Positions 28,453-39,735 of a stretch of 64,000 nt of DNA are shown piece after piece. A program made the position numbers and the translations under genes. The notes under the pieces are model-generated. The model was not told where the DNA came from. It worked only from the letters and a program-made list of their open reading frames with translations, and did not search any database. Every line of letters begins with the position of its first letter. Position 1 is the stretch's first letter. Source of the stretch: an uncultured Verrucomicrobiae bacterium (GTDB lineage: Bacteria; Verrucomicrobiota; Verrucomicrobiia; Chthoniobacterales; UBA10450); the NCBI GenBank assembly GCA_963709435.1, contig CAVPWK010000010.1, positions 111,399 to 175,398 of the forward strand. Reading direction: 5' to 3'.

Positions 28453-31056
28453 GCGAGCGAGATAACATCGACATGAAATTGGGCGAACATCGAGAAGCCG
28501 CTGACCCATCTCGTGAAGAGCAGCTCAGTCTGCTCCTAACAATCACGATGGACGTGGCCGCTGCCAGCGATCTCGCGTCTGCCCTGGACGTGGTGCTGCG
28601 GCGCGTTTGCGAGAAGACGGGCTGGGTCCTCGGACAGGCTTGGGTGCCGAATCAGGACGGAACGGTTCTTGAGTGCGGACCGGTGTGTTTTTGCAGCGGT
28701 GAAGGCGGCCTGACGAAGTTCCGAGTCGCCTCTGAGGGATCTCATTTCAGACCGGGGGTGGGTCTTCCCGGACGCGTCTGGGAATTGAAGCGGCCAGCGT
28801 GGATCGAGGATGTTACGCAGGACCCGAATTTTCCGAGAACTAAAGCAGCCGCGAAAGTGGGGCTAAAGGCGGCCGTCGGCATTCCTATTCTGTCCGGCGA
28901 TGAGGTCATCGCGGTGATCGAGTTTTTCGTGCAAGAGTCGCGGGCCAAGAACGAGCGCTTGGTGAAGGTGATCGCGGCCGTCGCCGCCCAGTTGGGTCTG
29001 GTCATGGAGCGAAAACGCGCCGAAGAAAAACTCTCGAGCACCAACGAAATCCTCCAGTCCATCCTATCCAGCATGGGCGACGCCGTCATCGTCGCGGACA
29101 AAGAAGGTAAATTTCTTGCCTTTAATCCCGCGGCGGAACGCATGTTTGGTAAAGGCGCGGCCCAAACAGCGTCAAGCGAGTGGTCGCATCGGTACGGTCT
29201 CTATCTACCGGACAGGGTCACTCCTTTTCCGCCGGATCAATTGCCGCTGACCCGATCGATTCGCGGCGAGGAGGTAAACAATGTTGAGATATTCGTCCGG
29301 CACGACAAGGCGCCTCAGGGACTTTGGACACGGATCAATGGCCGTCCATTGCGAGGTCCCAACGGCGAGCTGTCGGGTGGTGTCATCGTTTGCCGCGACA
29401 TTACCGAAATCAAAAAGGAAGAGTTTTTCCTTTTCGATCAAAGCCGGGTTCTGGAAATGATCGCAGCCAACGCCTCGCTTGCCGAGGTTCTCACGAGCCT
29501 TGTTCTTCTCATGGAAGGGCAAGCCAACGGACTGCGTTGTTCCATCCTGCTCTTAAACCGCGACGGGAAGCATGTGCGGCACGGCGCGGCGCCAAATTTA
29601 CCGGAGGCTTATGTCAAGGCTGTCGATGGCGCGCCGATTGGACCGCGGAATGGCTCCTGCGGAACGGCCATGTACTTGCGCAAGCCGGTCGTGGTCAAGG
29701 ATGTGCTGACCGATCCGCTCTGGGCCGACTATCGAAAACTGGCGGAGATCTGCGGTCTGCGCGCCTGCTGGTCGACTCCGATTCTTTCGCCGCACGGCGA
29801 TGTGTTGGGTTCGTTTGCGATGTATCGCCAGGAAAACGCGCGGTCCACAGCCCGAGGAACTGCGCCTGACCCAGATCGCAACCCACATTGCCGGGATCGC
29901 GATCGAGCGCCAACTGGCGCAGGAGACGTTGCGCGAGCGCGAGGCTCGGATCAATCTCGCGGCGGAATCGGCTGATCTCGCGTTTTGGGTCATTTATCCG
30001 GAGCAAAACACTGCCTGGATGAGCGACAAGGGCCGCAAGATGTATGGCTTCGATTCGAAGCTGCCATTAACGCGCGACTTGATCTGCGGGCGCGTGCATC
30101 CTGATGAAAGAGCCGCGGTGCACGCGGCTTTCGATCGCGCATGTGCTTCACACGGGCTCTTCGAGTCTGAGCATCGACTCGTTCTGCCTTACGGCAAAAC
30201 GCGCTGGGTCATCGTGCGTGGAAGGTGTTTAGAGGACGAGCACGGAAGTCTTTTGGAACTCATCGGTGTGACAATTGATGTCAGCGCGCAAAAGCAGTCC
30301 GACCTTCAGTTGCAAATACAACGCGAGGAGATGTCGCATTTGAACCGTGTGGCGTTGATGGGGGAAATGACCGCTTCTGTCGCGCATGAATTGAATCAGC
30401 CGCTCACCGCCATCGCTAACAATGCCTCGGCGGCGCGACGTTTTCTCGAGCGCGGCAACATCGACCCTGTTCTGCTGCAACAATTGCTGCAAGACATGGT
30501 GGCCGACAGTCAGCGCGCCGGCGAAGTCATTCGCGGGATTCGTGCGCTGGTGCGGAAAGATAAGACGGTTGTCCGGAGCGCGCTCAATCTCAACGCCGTC
30601 ATCGCGGATACGCTGCGGTTGGTTAGTTCCGACATCGTGCTGCGTGAAAGCGTGGTCACCACCGAAATGGATCACAGTCTTCCACAGGTGGAAGCGGTGC
30701 CGGTCCAGATTCAGCAGGTCCTGCTTAACCTGATCATGAACGCGCTCGACGCGGTCGAATCGCGTCCGCCGGCCGAGCGCCGCATCCTTATTAGTACACG
30801 TTCACTGAACGGCGAGAGCGCGGAAGTCAGCGTCCGCGATTTCGGCACCGGCCTGCCAAAGGATCGCCCCGACAAAGTGTTCGATCATTTCTTTTCCACC
30901 AAGCAGACCGGAATGGGCATGGGCTTGACCATTGTACGTTCCATCATTGAAACACATGGGGGTAAGATCAGCGCGGAAAACGCTCCCGACCGCGGCGCGC
31001 GTTTCTTCTTCCATCTGCCCGCGGCGCGCGGCGATTCGAAAAGCCAGGCGGCATGA
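28449..31056 (+). pseudogene. GAF-PAS-GAF-PAS sensor histidine kinase, one frameshift
   Basis: Track ORFs 28449..29975 and 29800..31056 join at ...GSFAMYRQE / (K)TRGPQPEELRL, with the shift in the aaaa run at 29833-29836. H-box SVAHELNQPL, plus N and G boxes in the second part. Confidence 0.8.
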
Positions 31057-31442
31057 ATACTTCCAGCGAATCGGCTGAAGTCTGTTTGGTCGACGACGAT
31101 TCATCCGTCCTCCGCTCGATGCAGTATTTGCTCGCCTCGGATGGCATAGCGGTGCGCGCCTTTAATAAACCGGAAGAATTTCTCGCCCATGCCGCGATGC
31201 ATCCTGTGTCCGTGGTGGTGACCGACATCTGGATGGAAGGGGTGACCGGTCTGGAAATTCTCGCGCGAATGTGTGCGCTGTCGCCGCGACCACGTGTGAT
31301 TGTGATTACTGCGCGCGATGACCTGGCCGCGCGGGCCACTGCCATGGCGATCGGCCCGGTGGCATTTTTCATCAAACCGTTTGACGACGAAAAATTTCTT
31401 GCAGCAGTTCGCGACGCGCTTGCTCAAGCGGAAAAGGCATAG
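31053..31442 (+). CDS. Single-domain response regulator (REC only)
   Basis: 129 aa with LVDDD, TDIWMEG (phospho-Asp) and FIKPF. The ATGA start overlaps the kinase stop. Confidence 0.85.
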   Translation: MNTSSESAEVCLVDDDSSVLRSMQYLLASDGIAVRAFNKPEEFLAHAAMHPVSVVVTDIWMEGVTGLEILARMCALSPRPRVIVITARDDLAARATAMAIGPVAFFIKPFDDEKFLAAVRDALAQAEKA

Positions 31443-31446
31443 TGAT

Positions 31447-31464
31447 AAGACCAAGGTCCAATAT
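31447..31464 (+). promoter_or_regulatory. GGACC-N2-GGTCC quasi-palindrome + TATA-like tail, copy 1
   Basis: aagaccaaggtccaatat, about 218 nt upstream of and co-oriented with the HAD-like gene (31682). Confidence 0.5.
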
Positions 31465-31681
31465 TGTACTGGTGCACGTTTCCGTAGTCTGAAGGTGATG
31501 CTCGTGACGCTCGCTTCCCGAGTTCTGTTGAGTGCCGACTGTCAGCGTGATAAACAGTTCACCATCGAGCAACCTATCGCGGAAGACTGCTACATGGCTG
31601 CTGAGATGGAAGGGGAGGCTGCGCTAGGTTGGTACGGCGGAATCGGCCTGAGACACATTTGGTAGTAGCCGATCAGACGAA

Positions 31682-32657
31682 ATGAGATGTATTCTCGTCG
31701 TTCTGCTGCTTGCGGCACCGGTTTACGCGCAGAACCCACTTCCTTCCTGGAACGATACCGCGCCGAAGAAAGCGATCGTCGCCTTCGTCGAGAAGGTGAC
31801 CAAGGAAGGCTCACCGGATTTCGTGCCCGTCCCCGAACGCATTGCCACTTTCGACAACGACGGGACACTCTGGTGCGAACAGCCAATTTATTTTCAATTC
31901 GTCTTCGCGATTGATCGAGTAAAGGCGCTCGCCCCCCAACATCCCGAATGGAAAAAGCAGCAGCCGTTCGCGGCTGTGCTGTCGGGTGACAAAGAAGCGC
32001 TACTCGCTTCAGGTCAAAAGGGCCTCATGCAGATCATGGCAGTGAGCCATAGCGGCATGAGCGACCGAGGAATTTGCCAGAATCGTCGGTCAATGGTTCG
32101 CGACTGTCCGGCATCCGCGTTTCAACCGCCCCTACATGGATTTGGTTTATCAACCGATGCTGGAACTTCTGGCCTATCTGCGCGCTAACGGTTTCAAGAC
32201 CTTTATCGTCTCGGGCGGGGGCGTCGAGTTCATGCGCGTCTTCACCGACAAGACCTACGGCATTCCGCCAGAGCAAATAGTGGGCTCCTCGGCCGTCACT
32301 AAATATCAGTTCACCCCAAACGGAAAGCCTGAGCTTCTGCGCGAGGCGAAGGTTCTATTCATTGATGATGGACCGGGCAAAGCGGAAGGGATCAACACCT
32401 TCATCGGTCGTCGTCCCATCATGGCTTTTGGCAACTCCGATGGTGACCAGCAGATGCTCGAATGGACAACGGCAGGGAACGGCGCGCGCTTCGCGTTGAT
32501 TGTTCATCACGACGACGCCGAGCGTGAATGGGCCTACGACCGCAAGAGTCACATCGGTCGGCTCGACAAGGCGTGGGATGAAGCGATCGCCAAAGGTTGG
32601 ACGGTCGTAAGCATGAAGGAAGATTGGAAGACGATTTTCCCGACAACGGCGCAGTAG
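31682..32657 (+). pseudogene. Secreted HAD-superfamily hydrolase, frameshifted
   Basis: Signal peptide plus a DxDxT motif (FDNDGTLW) in ORF 31682..32188. The rest (FIVSGGGVEF...GNSDGD) is in ORF 32136..32657. The shift lies near 32060. Confidence 0.7.
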
Positions 32658-32680
32658 CTAACGCGCACCGGCCCCCTCGC

Positions 32681-33433
32681 ATGTTCGATTTTGCAGGAAA
32701 AGTTGCCCTTGTTACCGGCGGCAGCAATGGCATTGGCCGCGCCACTGCGATTCTGTTTGCACGAAGCGGGGCAAAAGTTGTCATTGGCGACATCGATCCC
32801 GCTGGTCAGGAAACCGCTGAGCTAATTACGAGGGAGCGGGGTGAAGCTCTCTTTGTGCAGACCGACGTCCGAGAAACTAACGAGGTACAGCATCTTGTCG
32901 CAACTGCAATCGAGACATACGGAGGACTGCACTGTGCATTTAACAACGCCGGAGTTCTGCCTCCTACCGGTTTGCTCGCCGATACCGACGACGCGACCTT
33001 CGACCAGGTACTCGCCGTGGACCTCAAGGGAGTGTTCCTCTCGATGAAGTACGAGATCCAGCAGATGCTGAAAGGTGGCGGTGGCGCGATCGTCAACAAC
33101 GCTTCGATTGCCGGGATGATTGCTGATCCGGGCATCAGCGCCTATGTGGCGGCCAAGCATGGCGTCATTGGATTGTCGAAAGCTGCAGCCATTGAATATG
33201 CAAGTCAGGGGATTCGCATCAATGCCATCGCGCCGGGACTGGTTGAAACAGCGATGACGAAGCATTGGTTCGACGATCCGAATATTCGCAGGCATTTTTT
33301 GGCTAATTCGCCCATTGGCCGAGTCGCCCAACCAGAAGAGATGGCTGGCATGGTGCTCTTTCTCTGCTCCGACTTCGCCTCATTTGCTGCTGGACAAACT
33401 TTTGTAATCGACGGCGGCTACACCGCTCATTGA
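32681..33433 (+). CDS. SDR family oxidoreductase
   Basis: TGGSNGIG cofactor motif, NNAS, and YVAAK catalytic Tyr/Lys. The start is at MFDFAGKVALV. Confidence 0.9.
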   Translation: MFDFAGKVALVTGGSNGIGRATAILFARSGAKVVIGDIDPAGQETAELITRERGEALFVQTDVRETNEVQHLVATAIETYGGLHCAFNNAGVLPPTGLLADTDDATFDQVLAVDLKGVFLSMKYEIQQMLKGGGGAIVNNASIAGMIADPGISAYVAAKHGVIGLSKAAAIEYASQGIRINAIAPGLVETAMTKHWFDDPNIRRHFLANSPIGRVAQPEEMAGMVLFLCSDFASFAAGQTFVIDGGYTAH

Positions 33434-33516
33434 GCAGAGCGAAACTGCACATTCTATGCTGGAGATTCTTGGACGCCTGATCTGACATTTGTGTTCTGAC
33501 CTTCGTCCTACTGCCG

Positions 33517-33536
33517 ATAGGACCAAGGTCCGATAG
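33517..33536 (+). promoter_or_regulatory. GGACC-N2-GGTCC quasi-palindrome, copy 2
   Basis: ataggaccaaggtccgatag, about 32-42 nt upstream of the arylsulfatase start region. Confidence 0.5.
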
Positions 33537-33567
33537 TCTGGGCCTTCCATTTTCGAATGGTACGAGA

Positions 33568-34877
33568 ATGCACGATCATGAAAACGAAACTATCTTTGCA
33601 GCGGAACCTCGCGCTGTTGCGTCTTCACCGCTAGCGCACAATCTCCAGCCGCCATCGGCCGGAAAGAAACCCAACATCCTCGTCATCATGGGTGACGACA
33701 TCGGGTGGTTCAACCCGAGCTGCTACAACAGTGGCATCATGGGTTACCAAACGCCCAACATCGACCGCATCGCCAAAGAAGGCGCGCGGTTTACCGATTG
33801 GTATGGGCAGCAGAGCTGCACGGCGGGACGCGCGGCGTTCATCACCGGGCAATCGCCCATCCGCACTGGTCTGACGAAGGTCGGCCTGCCGGGCGCGGAC
33901 ATCGGCCTGCAAGCGAAGATCCGAGCGTCGCCGATTTCATGAAGAACCTCGGCTACGCGACCGGGCAGTTCGGTAAGAACCACCTGGGAGACCTGAACAA
34001 GTTCCTGCCCGACGGTCCACGGCTTCGACGAGTTCTTCGGCAATCTCTATCACCTCAACGCTGAGGAAGAGCCGGAGAATCCCGACTATCCGAAGGCACC
34101 CGAGTTCAGGAAGAAGTTCGGCCCGCGCGGGGTCATGCACTGCTGGGCCACCGACGCCGACGACGCCACCGTTGATCCGCAGTTCGGCAAAGTCGGCAAG
34201 CAGAAGATCGAGAACACCGGCCCGCTGACCGTCGAGCGAATGAAAACCATCGACGACGAGTTCACGGACGCCGCATGGCGTGGATGGACAAGCAGGCCAA
34301 GGCCAACAAGCCGTTCTTCTGCTACTACAACTCCACCCGCATGCACGTCTTTACGCACCTCAAGAAAGAGAGCGAAGGCAAGACGGGCCTGGGCCTTTAT
34401 CCCGACGGCATGGTCGAACACGACGGCCACGTCGGGCAGCTACTCAAGAAACTCGACGACCTCGGCATCGCGGACAACACCATCGTCGTCTACACCACCG
34501 ACAACGGCGCCGAAGTCATGACCTGGCCCGATGGCGGCACCACGCCGTTCAAGGCGAGAAGGCCACCAACTGGGAAGGCGCCTTCCGCGTGCCGACGCTC
34601 ATCCGCTGGCCCGGCGTGATCAAACCCGGCCAGGTGATCAACGACATCTGTGCCCACGAGGACTTGATCCCCACCTTCGCCGCCGCCGCGGGCGAGCCGG
34701 ACCTCGTCGCCAAGGTGACGAAGGGCTATCAAGCCAACGGCAAGACCTTCAAGGTTCACCTCGATGGCTACAACCTCATGCCGTTCCTCAAGGGCGATGT
34801 AAAGAATCGCCGCGCAAGGAGTTCATCTACTGGTCCGACGACGGCGACCTGATGGCCATCCGCTACGAGCAGTGGAA
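33568..34877 (+). pseudogene. Arylsulfatase, at least 5 frameshifts and 3'-truncated
   Basis: Sulfatase signature [12 protein letters not shown] plus [10 protein letters not shown]. The reading frame hops near 33912, 34010, 34272, 34552 and 34803 (track ORFs 33568, 33705, 34135, 34275, 34280, 34531). It ends abruptly after ...IRYEQWK. Confidence 0.8.
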
Positions 34878-35960
34878 ATCCGCTTGCCGGCGGTCAACGC
34901 CGAACTGATGTTCCAAGCGATGCATGACGCCAAAGCTGACTTCAACCAGGTCGTCTATCGGTCGCGGCCGGTTAGCTGGAAGAACCAGACGCTTACTCCT
35001 AATCCCGACACGATTTATCTCATGCCCTTCTACAACACCAAAGACGCGGGACCGATGGTGCTGGAGATTCCGCCGGCCGGCGAGGAAGAATCGATCACCG
35101 GCAGCGTTGACGAAGCCTGGCAGACAGCGATCGAAGATGTAGGACCGGCAGGAGTAGATAAGGGTAAAGGCGGTAAGTATCTCGATCCTGCCGCCAGGCT
35201 ACAAGTAGTCGGTGCCGGAAGGCTACATCGCCATGCCATCAGGGACCTATACTGGCTTACGCGTTGCTGCGCTCGAATCTTAAGAGCGCCAGCGAAGCCG
35301 AGGTCGCCAAAGCCGTGGCCTACGGCAAGCGCATCAAGTTCTACCCGCTTTCGCAAGCGGCCAATCCTCGGCCGACAAAGTTCGTCGATGCGATCGACAT
35401 CGTGTTCGACAGCACGATTCCATACGACTCGCGCTTCTTTCAAGACGCTCGACCGCGTGGTGCAAAGAGAGCCATGGATACGAAAGAGATAGAGTCATGA
35501 TCGATCAGCTCGAAACGATCGGCATCGAGAAAGGGCAAACCATTCAATCCATGATGCTAACACCCAGAAGATTCTAAGCGATGCCGCGCGCGAAGCGCAT
35601 GACTGGATGGATCTGAAGTATCAAAGACAACACTTCGCGACGCCTTATAACGAAGGCAAGCCACTGGGCGTTGCCAGCGGTGTCAGATGTTGCTCGAAGG
35701 TCTGCAGACGAATTTCGCCAAAGCGACACTTATCCGGTCGATGGCCGCGGCGTCGGATATTCTCTGGGTTACTTTAGCGCGAAGCATTTGGGCACAGGCC
35801 AATTCTACCTCATGACCATTGTGGACAAGGCCGGTCAGTCGTTCGATGGCGCTAAAACCTATCGCCTGAACGTGCCTGCGAACGCGCCAATCACGCTCTA
35901 TTGGTCGGCGACGGCTCATCCGCATGCGAAACCACCGCTCAGAAGGAAGTACATGCACTT
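34878..35960 (+). pseudogene. DUF1254/DUF1214 family gene remnant (5'-truncated, frameshifted)
   Basis: NPDTIYLMPFYNTKDAGPMVLEIP (DUF1254-like) and TYRLNVPANAPITLYWSAT (DUF1214-like) are spread over at least 3 frames. There is no N-terminus, and the remnant is fused to the sulfatase remnant. Boundaries are approximate. Confidence 0.55.
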
Positions 35961-35989
35961 GTTAGGCATTGCGCATGCCGCGATGATCT

Positions 35990-36991
35990 CACGCGCAATC
36001 ACCTTCGCCATCCGCGACAGGCGCCATTCCGGTCACGGTCGATAACTTCATCCGGGCCGAGTCGGATCTCTATTTCAGCGCGGTCGCTTGAAGGAACGGC
36101 TTCGGCAAGTTCGAGCACCATCGCGAACTGGCGCCGATCGACGCCCAGCGCGTTCATCGGCAAAACCGCGATACGCTTTATTCGGTCGGCGTCTTCGATC
36201 TCGATGCCGGCCCGGTAACGGTCACGCTACCCGACGCCGGCAAGCGCTTCATGTCGATGATGGTGATCGATGAGGATCAATACGCTTACACAGTTGTCTA
36301 TGGCAAGGGCAGCTACACTTTCGATAGAGGAAAGGTCGGCACGCGTTACGCGCTGTCGGCGATCCGCACCCTGGTCGATCCGAACGATCCAAAGGACCTC
36401 GAGCAAGCGCACGCGCTACAGGACGCGATCAAGGTCGAGCAGCCTGGTGGTCCGGGGAAATTCGAGGTGCCGAATTGGGATCAGGCGAGCCGGAAGAAAA
36501 TGCGCGAGGCGCTGACCGTGCTAGGCGATCGCCGTTGACTGACACGGTGCCTCCGGCCCCAAGGATCAGGTCGATCCGATCAGGCACTTGATCGGCACCG
36601 CGACGGGCTGGGGCGCAATCCGACAAGGACGCAATTTATCTGAACGTCACTCCGCCAAGAACGACGGGAAGACCACCTACAAGCTCAAGGTCAAAGACGT
36701 GCCCGTCGACGGCTTCTGGTCGATCAGCCTCTACAACGCCGAGGGCTACTCTCGTGAAGAACGACTCAGAACGCTTACTCGTTCAATAACATCACGGCAA
36801 AGAAAAACGACGATGGTTCGGTCACGATTCAGTTCGGCGGTGCGACCCGCCTTCGCTAGGCTCGGCGCGACGGCAAAACTACCTAACTGTCTGCCGATTA
36901 TGCCTGGCTGGAATTACACGGTGCGTCTCTATCGCCCGCGGAAAGAAATTCTCGATGGAACCTGGAAGTTTCCGAGGCGCAGCCGCAATGA
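35990..36991 (+). pseudogene. Second DUF1254/DUF1214 family gene, frameshifted
   Basis: VTVDNFIRAESDLYF, NRDTLYSVGVFDLDAGPVTVTLPDAGKRFMSMMVIDEDQY (ORF 36251..36538) and VPVDGFWSISLYNAEGY (ORF 36588..) lie in different frames. Boundaries are approximate. Confidence 0.55.
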
Positions 36992-37031
36992 ATGCTTCAC
37001 ACTCTGCCTAACGAAAACAGAAAATATTGTG

Positions 37032-37455
37032 ATGAAACTTCCTCCTGATATCCAGTTTCACGAAGACATTCGTCTGCTCGTCTATCGGCCGCGCGGTTCG
37101 TTGAACCGAGGCGTCGGTTAACAAAATCATTAGAGTCATTGGAGAACTCGAGGCCAAGTTAAAGGAACCTTTCAACCGGTTCTTCGATACGTTGGGGCAC
37201 GATGACGTGGAGCTGAACTTCAGATACGTCATTCACGTTTCTCTCTATCGCCGTCTTACCTACGTGAAGTGGCCGCCGATCAAGTCTGCGATTCTTGCGA
37301 CCGATTCCACCATCATTCATTACGCCAAGCTGCACGCCTTACTGACTCAAGGTTCGGCCATCAACGTCCGCATTTTCCAAGATCGACAGGAAGCGGCGCA
37401 ATGGCTCGGCGTGCCGATCGCACTGTTAATGCCGGATGCCGCCGAAACATCCTGA
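37032..37455 (+). pseudogene. Small conserved-looking hypothetical protein, one frameshift
   Basis: MKLPPDIQFHEDIRLLVYRPRGSLN (tail of ORF 36588..37121) continues as EASVNKIIRVIGELEAKLKEPFNRFFDTLGHDDVELNF... in the frame of ORF 37192..37455. The shift lies near 37106. Confidence 0.45.
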
Positions 37456-37681
37456 GCAAATCACGGCAACCATGAAGAGAAATCCGCGATGAAAACCAGG
37501 CCGCTGGGGCTAATCGGGGTAAGGCTCTTGAATTCGGCGCAACTGCCAGTGGTCTGCAGGAGTTTGCACGTTTCCTTCCGAACATGAGCACGCAGATAGT
37601 GGTCACGGAGATGCAAGGCGTCTTAACAAGGAGTGGACTAATGTCAACGGGGCGGGACTCTGATAGAAAACCAGGCTAGGC

Positions 37682-39136
37682 ATGACTGAATACTCGTTCT
37701 TCTCCACGCTGGGAGCTCTCCTGCTTTTCCTGGTCCACGTCGCGGTAATCGCGCGGGTGATCTTGCGGCCGCACCGGGAGCCTGCTTCGCGGATTGCCTG
37801 GATCGTGATGATCATCGCTTTACCCGTCGTGGGTATGGTCTCTTATCTTCTCCTCGGTGAGACGAATATTGGGCGTCGTCGCGTGCGCCGCATGCGTGAA
37901 ATGCTGGCCGGTATGCCGAGTGTCGCCGACGCGCCTGGAGCGGATGCGCCAGCTCTGCAGGCGGAAATTCCGGAACGTTACAGCCACCTGTTCCGGGTGG
38001 GGCATTCGGTGAATGGTTTCGAACCCGTGGGTGGTAACCACGGACGATTGCTGCCGGATTCCAATGCCAGCATTGAGTCGCTGGTCTCGGACATCGATGC
38101 CGCGAAGGATCACGTGCACCTGATCTTTTATATTTGGCTGCCGGATAACAACGGTCTCAAGGTGGTCGAAGCACTGAAGCGGGCTGCGGCGCGCAAAGTC
38201 ACCTGCCGGGTCATGGCCGACGGCCTCGGTTCCCGGATCATGATCGACTCCGAGCATTGGAAAGGGATGCACGATGCTCGGGTGCATGTCGCCACCGCCC
38301 TGCCGATCGGCAATCTGCTGCTGCGGCCGTTGCTAGGTCGCATCGACCTTCGCAACCATCGGAAGATTGTAGTTATCGACGATTGGATCACCTATTGCGG
38401 GAGCCAGAACTGCGCGGATCCGGAGTTTCTCATCAAGGCAAAGTATGCGCCATGGGTCGATGCGTTGATGCGTTTCGAAGGCCCGATCGCCCGGCAGAAC
38501 CAGTATCTATTTGCCAGCGACTGGATGGCGCACGTGGACGAAGACATTCGCGAACTCCTGCAGCGCCCGCTGCCTCCCGGCGAACCGGGCTTTGCCGCGC
38601 AGGTGATCGGCACGGGACCGACGGTGCGCAATTCCGCCATGCCCGAGGTGTTCGAGACGCTGATGTATGCGGCCCGTCATGAGCTCTTCATCACAACGCC
38701 TTATTACGTGCCCGACGAAGCGATGCAGATCGCGCTCTGCGCAAGCGCTTATCGTGGTGTCGAGACGACCATCATCTTTCCGGCGCGCAACGACTCCTTC
38801 ATCGTGCAGGCGGCCAGTCGCAGTTATTACGCTGACTTGCTGGCGGCCGGGGTTCGCATTTTTGAATTCGAAGGCGGGCTCCTTCACACCAAGTCTCTCA
38901 CGCTGGATGGCGAGATCACCCTGATCGGGTCCGCCAACATGGACAGACGCAGTTTTGACTTGAACTACGAGAACAACATCCTGTTCTACGATTCCGCCCT
39001 CACCGCCGAAATGCGCCGCAGTCAGGAGGCATATCTGGCCCAATCGCACGAGGTCACCGCCGAGATGGTCGCCCAGTGGCCAATCACGCGCCGACTTTGG
39101 AATAATGCCATCGCGATGCTCGGTCCGGTATTGTGA
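37682..39136 (+). CDS. cls: Cardiolipin synthase (PLD superfamily)
   Basis: 484 aa with two N-terminal TM helices and two HKD motifs (NHRKIVVIDD, LHTKSLTLDGEITLIGSANMD). Confidence 0.9.
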   Translation: MTEYSFFSTLGALLLFLVHVAVIARVILRPHREPASRIAWIVMIIALPVVGMVSYLLLGETNIGRRRVRRMREMLAGMPSVADAPGADAPALQAEIPERYSHLFRVGHSVNGFEPVGGNHGRLLPDSNASIESLVSDIDAAKDHVHLIFYIWLPDNNGLKVVEALKRAAARKVTCRVMADGLGSRIMIDSEHWKGMHDARVHVATALPIGNLLLRPLLGRIDLRNHRKIVVIDDWITYCGSQNCADPEFLIKAKYAPWVDALMRFEGPIARQNQYLFASDWMAHVDEDIRELLQRPLPPGEPGFAAQVIGTGPTVRNSAMPEVFETLMYAARHELFITTPYYVPDEAMQIALCASAYRGVETTIIFPARNDSFIVQAASRSYYADLLAAGVRIFEFEGGLLHTKSLTLDGEITLIGSANMDRRSFDLNYENNILFYDSALTAEMRRSQEAYLAQSHEVTAEMVAQWPITRRLWNNAIAMLGPVL

Positions 39137-39184
39137 GCTGACGCGATCTGCGGGAGCAGCCGTCCATTACGATCGCTTGTCGAC

Positions 39185-39205
39185 ATTGGACCAAGTCCTG
39201 ACATT
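39185..39205 (+). promoter_or_regulatory. GGACC-N2-GGTCC quasi-palindrome, copy 3 (1-nt deletion)
   Basis: cattggaccaagtcctgacatt. Its tail supplies the stop codon that opens the RND fragment frame. Confidence 0.45.
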
Positions 39206-39207
39206 AG

Positions 39208-39513
39208 GCGCTGGAGGGCGCGCGACTACGTCTGCGTCCGATCCTGATGACTTCGTTCGCCTTCATTTTCGGCTTTCTGCCGCTCTGGTTCGCCAGTGGC
39301 TCCGGCGCCGTAGCGCGTCGCGTCCTCGGATCGACCGTCATCGGAGGAATGATCCGCCGTCTCAGCCATCGCCATCTTCCTCATCCCCCCAGCTTTTACG
39401 TGATCGAGCGACTCTTCGCCGGCCGGCAGTCCGCGGAAAAACCGGAAGAAAAGCCGCCCGCGACCAAACCGCCGACCCTTGGTCTCGTAAGCCTAACGGG
39501 GCTTGATAATTAG
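39208..39513 (+). pseudogene. RND efflux permease, C-terminal fragment only
   Basis: ALEGARLRLRPILMTSFAFIFGFLPLWFASGSGAVARRVLGSTVIGGM matches the last TM region of AcrB-type pumps. There is a further frameshift before PSFYVIERLF. The roughly 1000 upstream codons are absent. Confidence 0.7.
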
Positions 39514-39572
39514 CGCGGCAACCAGCCCCCGCTAAAGCTCAACCGGTGCCACCAGTCGCAGCTGTCTACAAT

Positions 39573-39590
39573 TACCTATATATATAGGTA
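39573..39590. repeat. Perfect 18-bp palindrome tacctatatatataggta
   Basis: Read directly from the sequence. It contains a (TA) run and lies between two gene fragments. Confidence 0.8.
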
Positions 39591-39735
39591 CTAAATTTCT
39601 TGTAGCCGGGATCGGTGGTCCCGGCGCTACCTCACGTCCCCACCACCAATCCGCAATACTAGAATCTGAACAGAAGGTAACGAAGAGAACAAAGTTTTCT
39701 TCCGGAAGGCGTTGCCTCGCTGTAAGGCGGCATGC

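Noticed and set aside
29830-29840. Programmed ribosomal frameshifting at the kinase A4 run, and at the other single-base breaks.
   Set aside because: There is no slippery heptamer plus downstream structure, and the breaks occur in many unrelated genes. Mutation or sequencing error is more economical.
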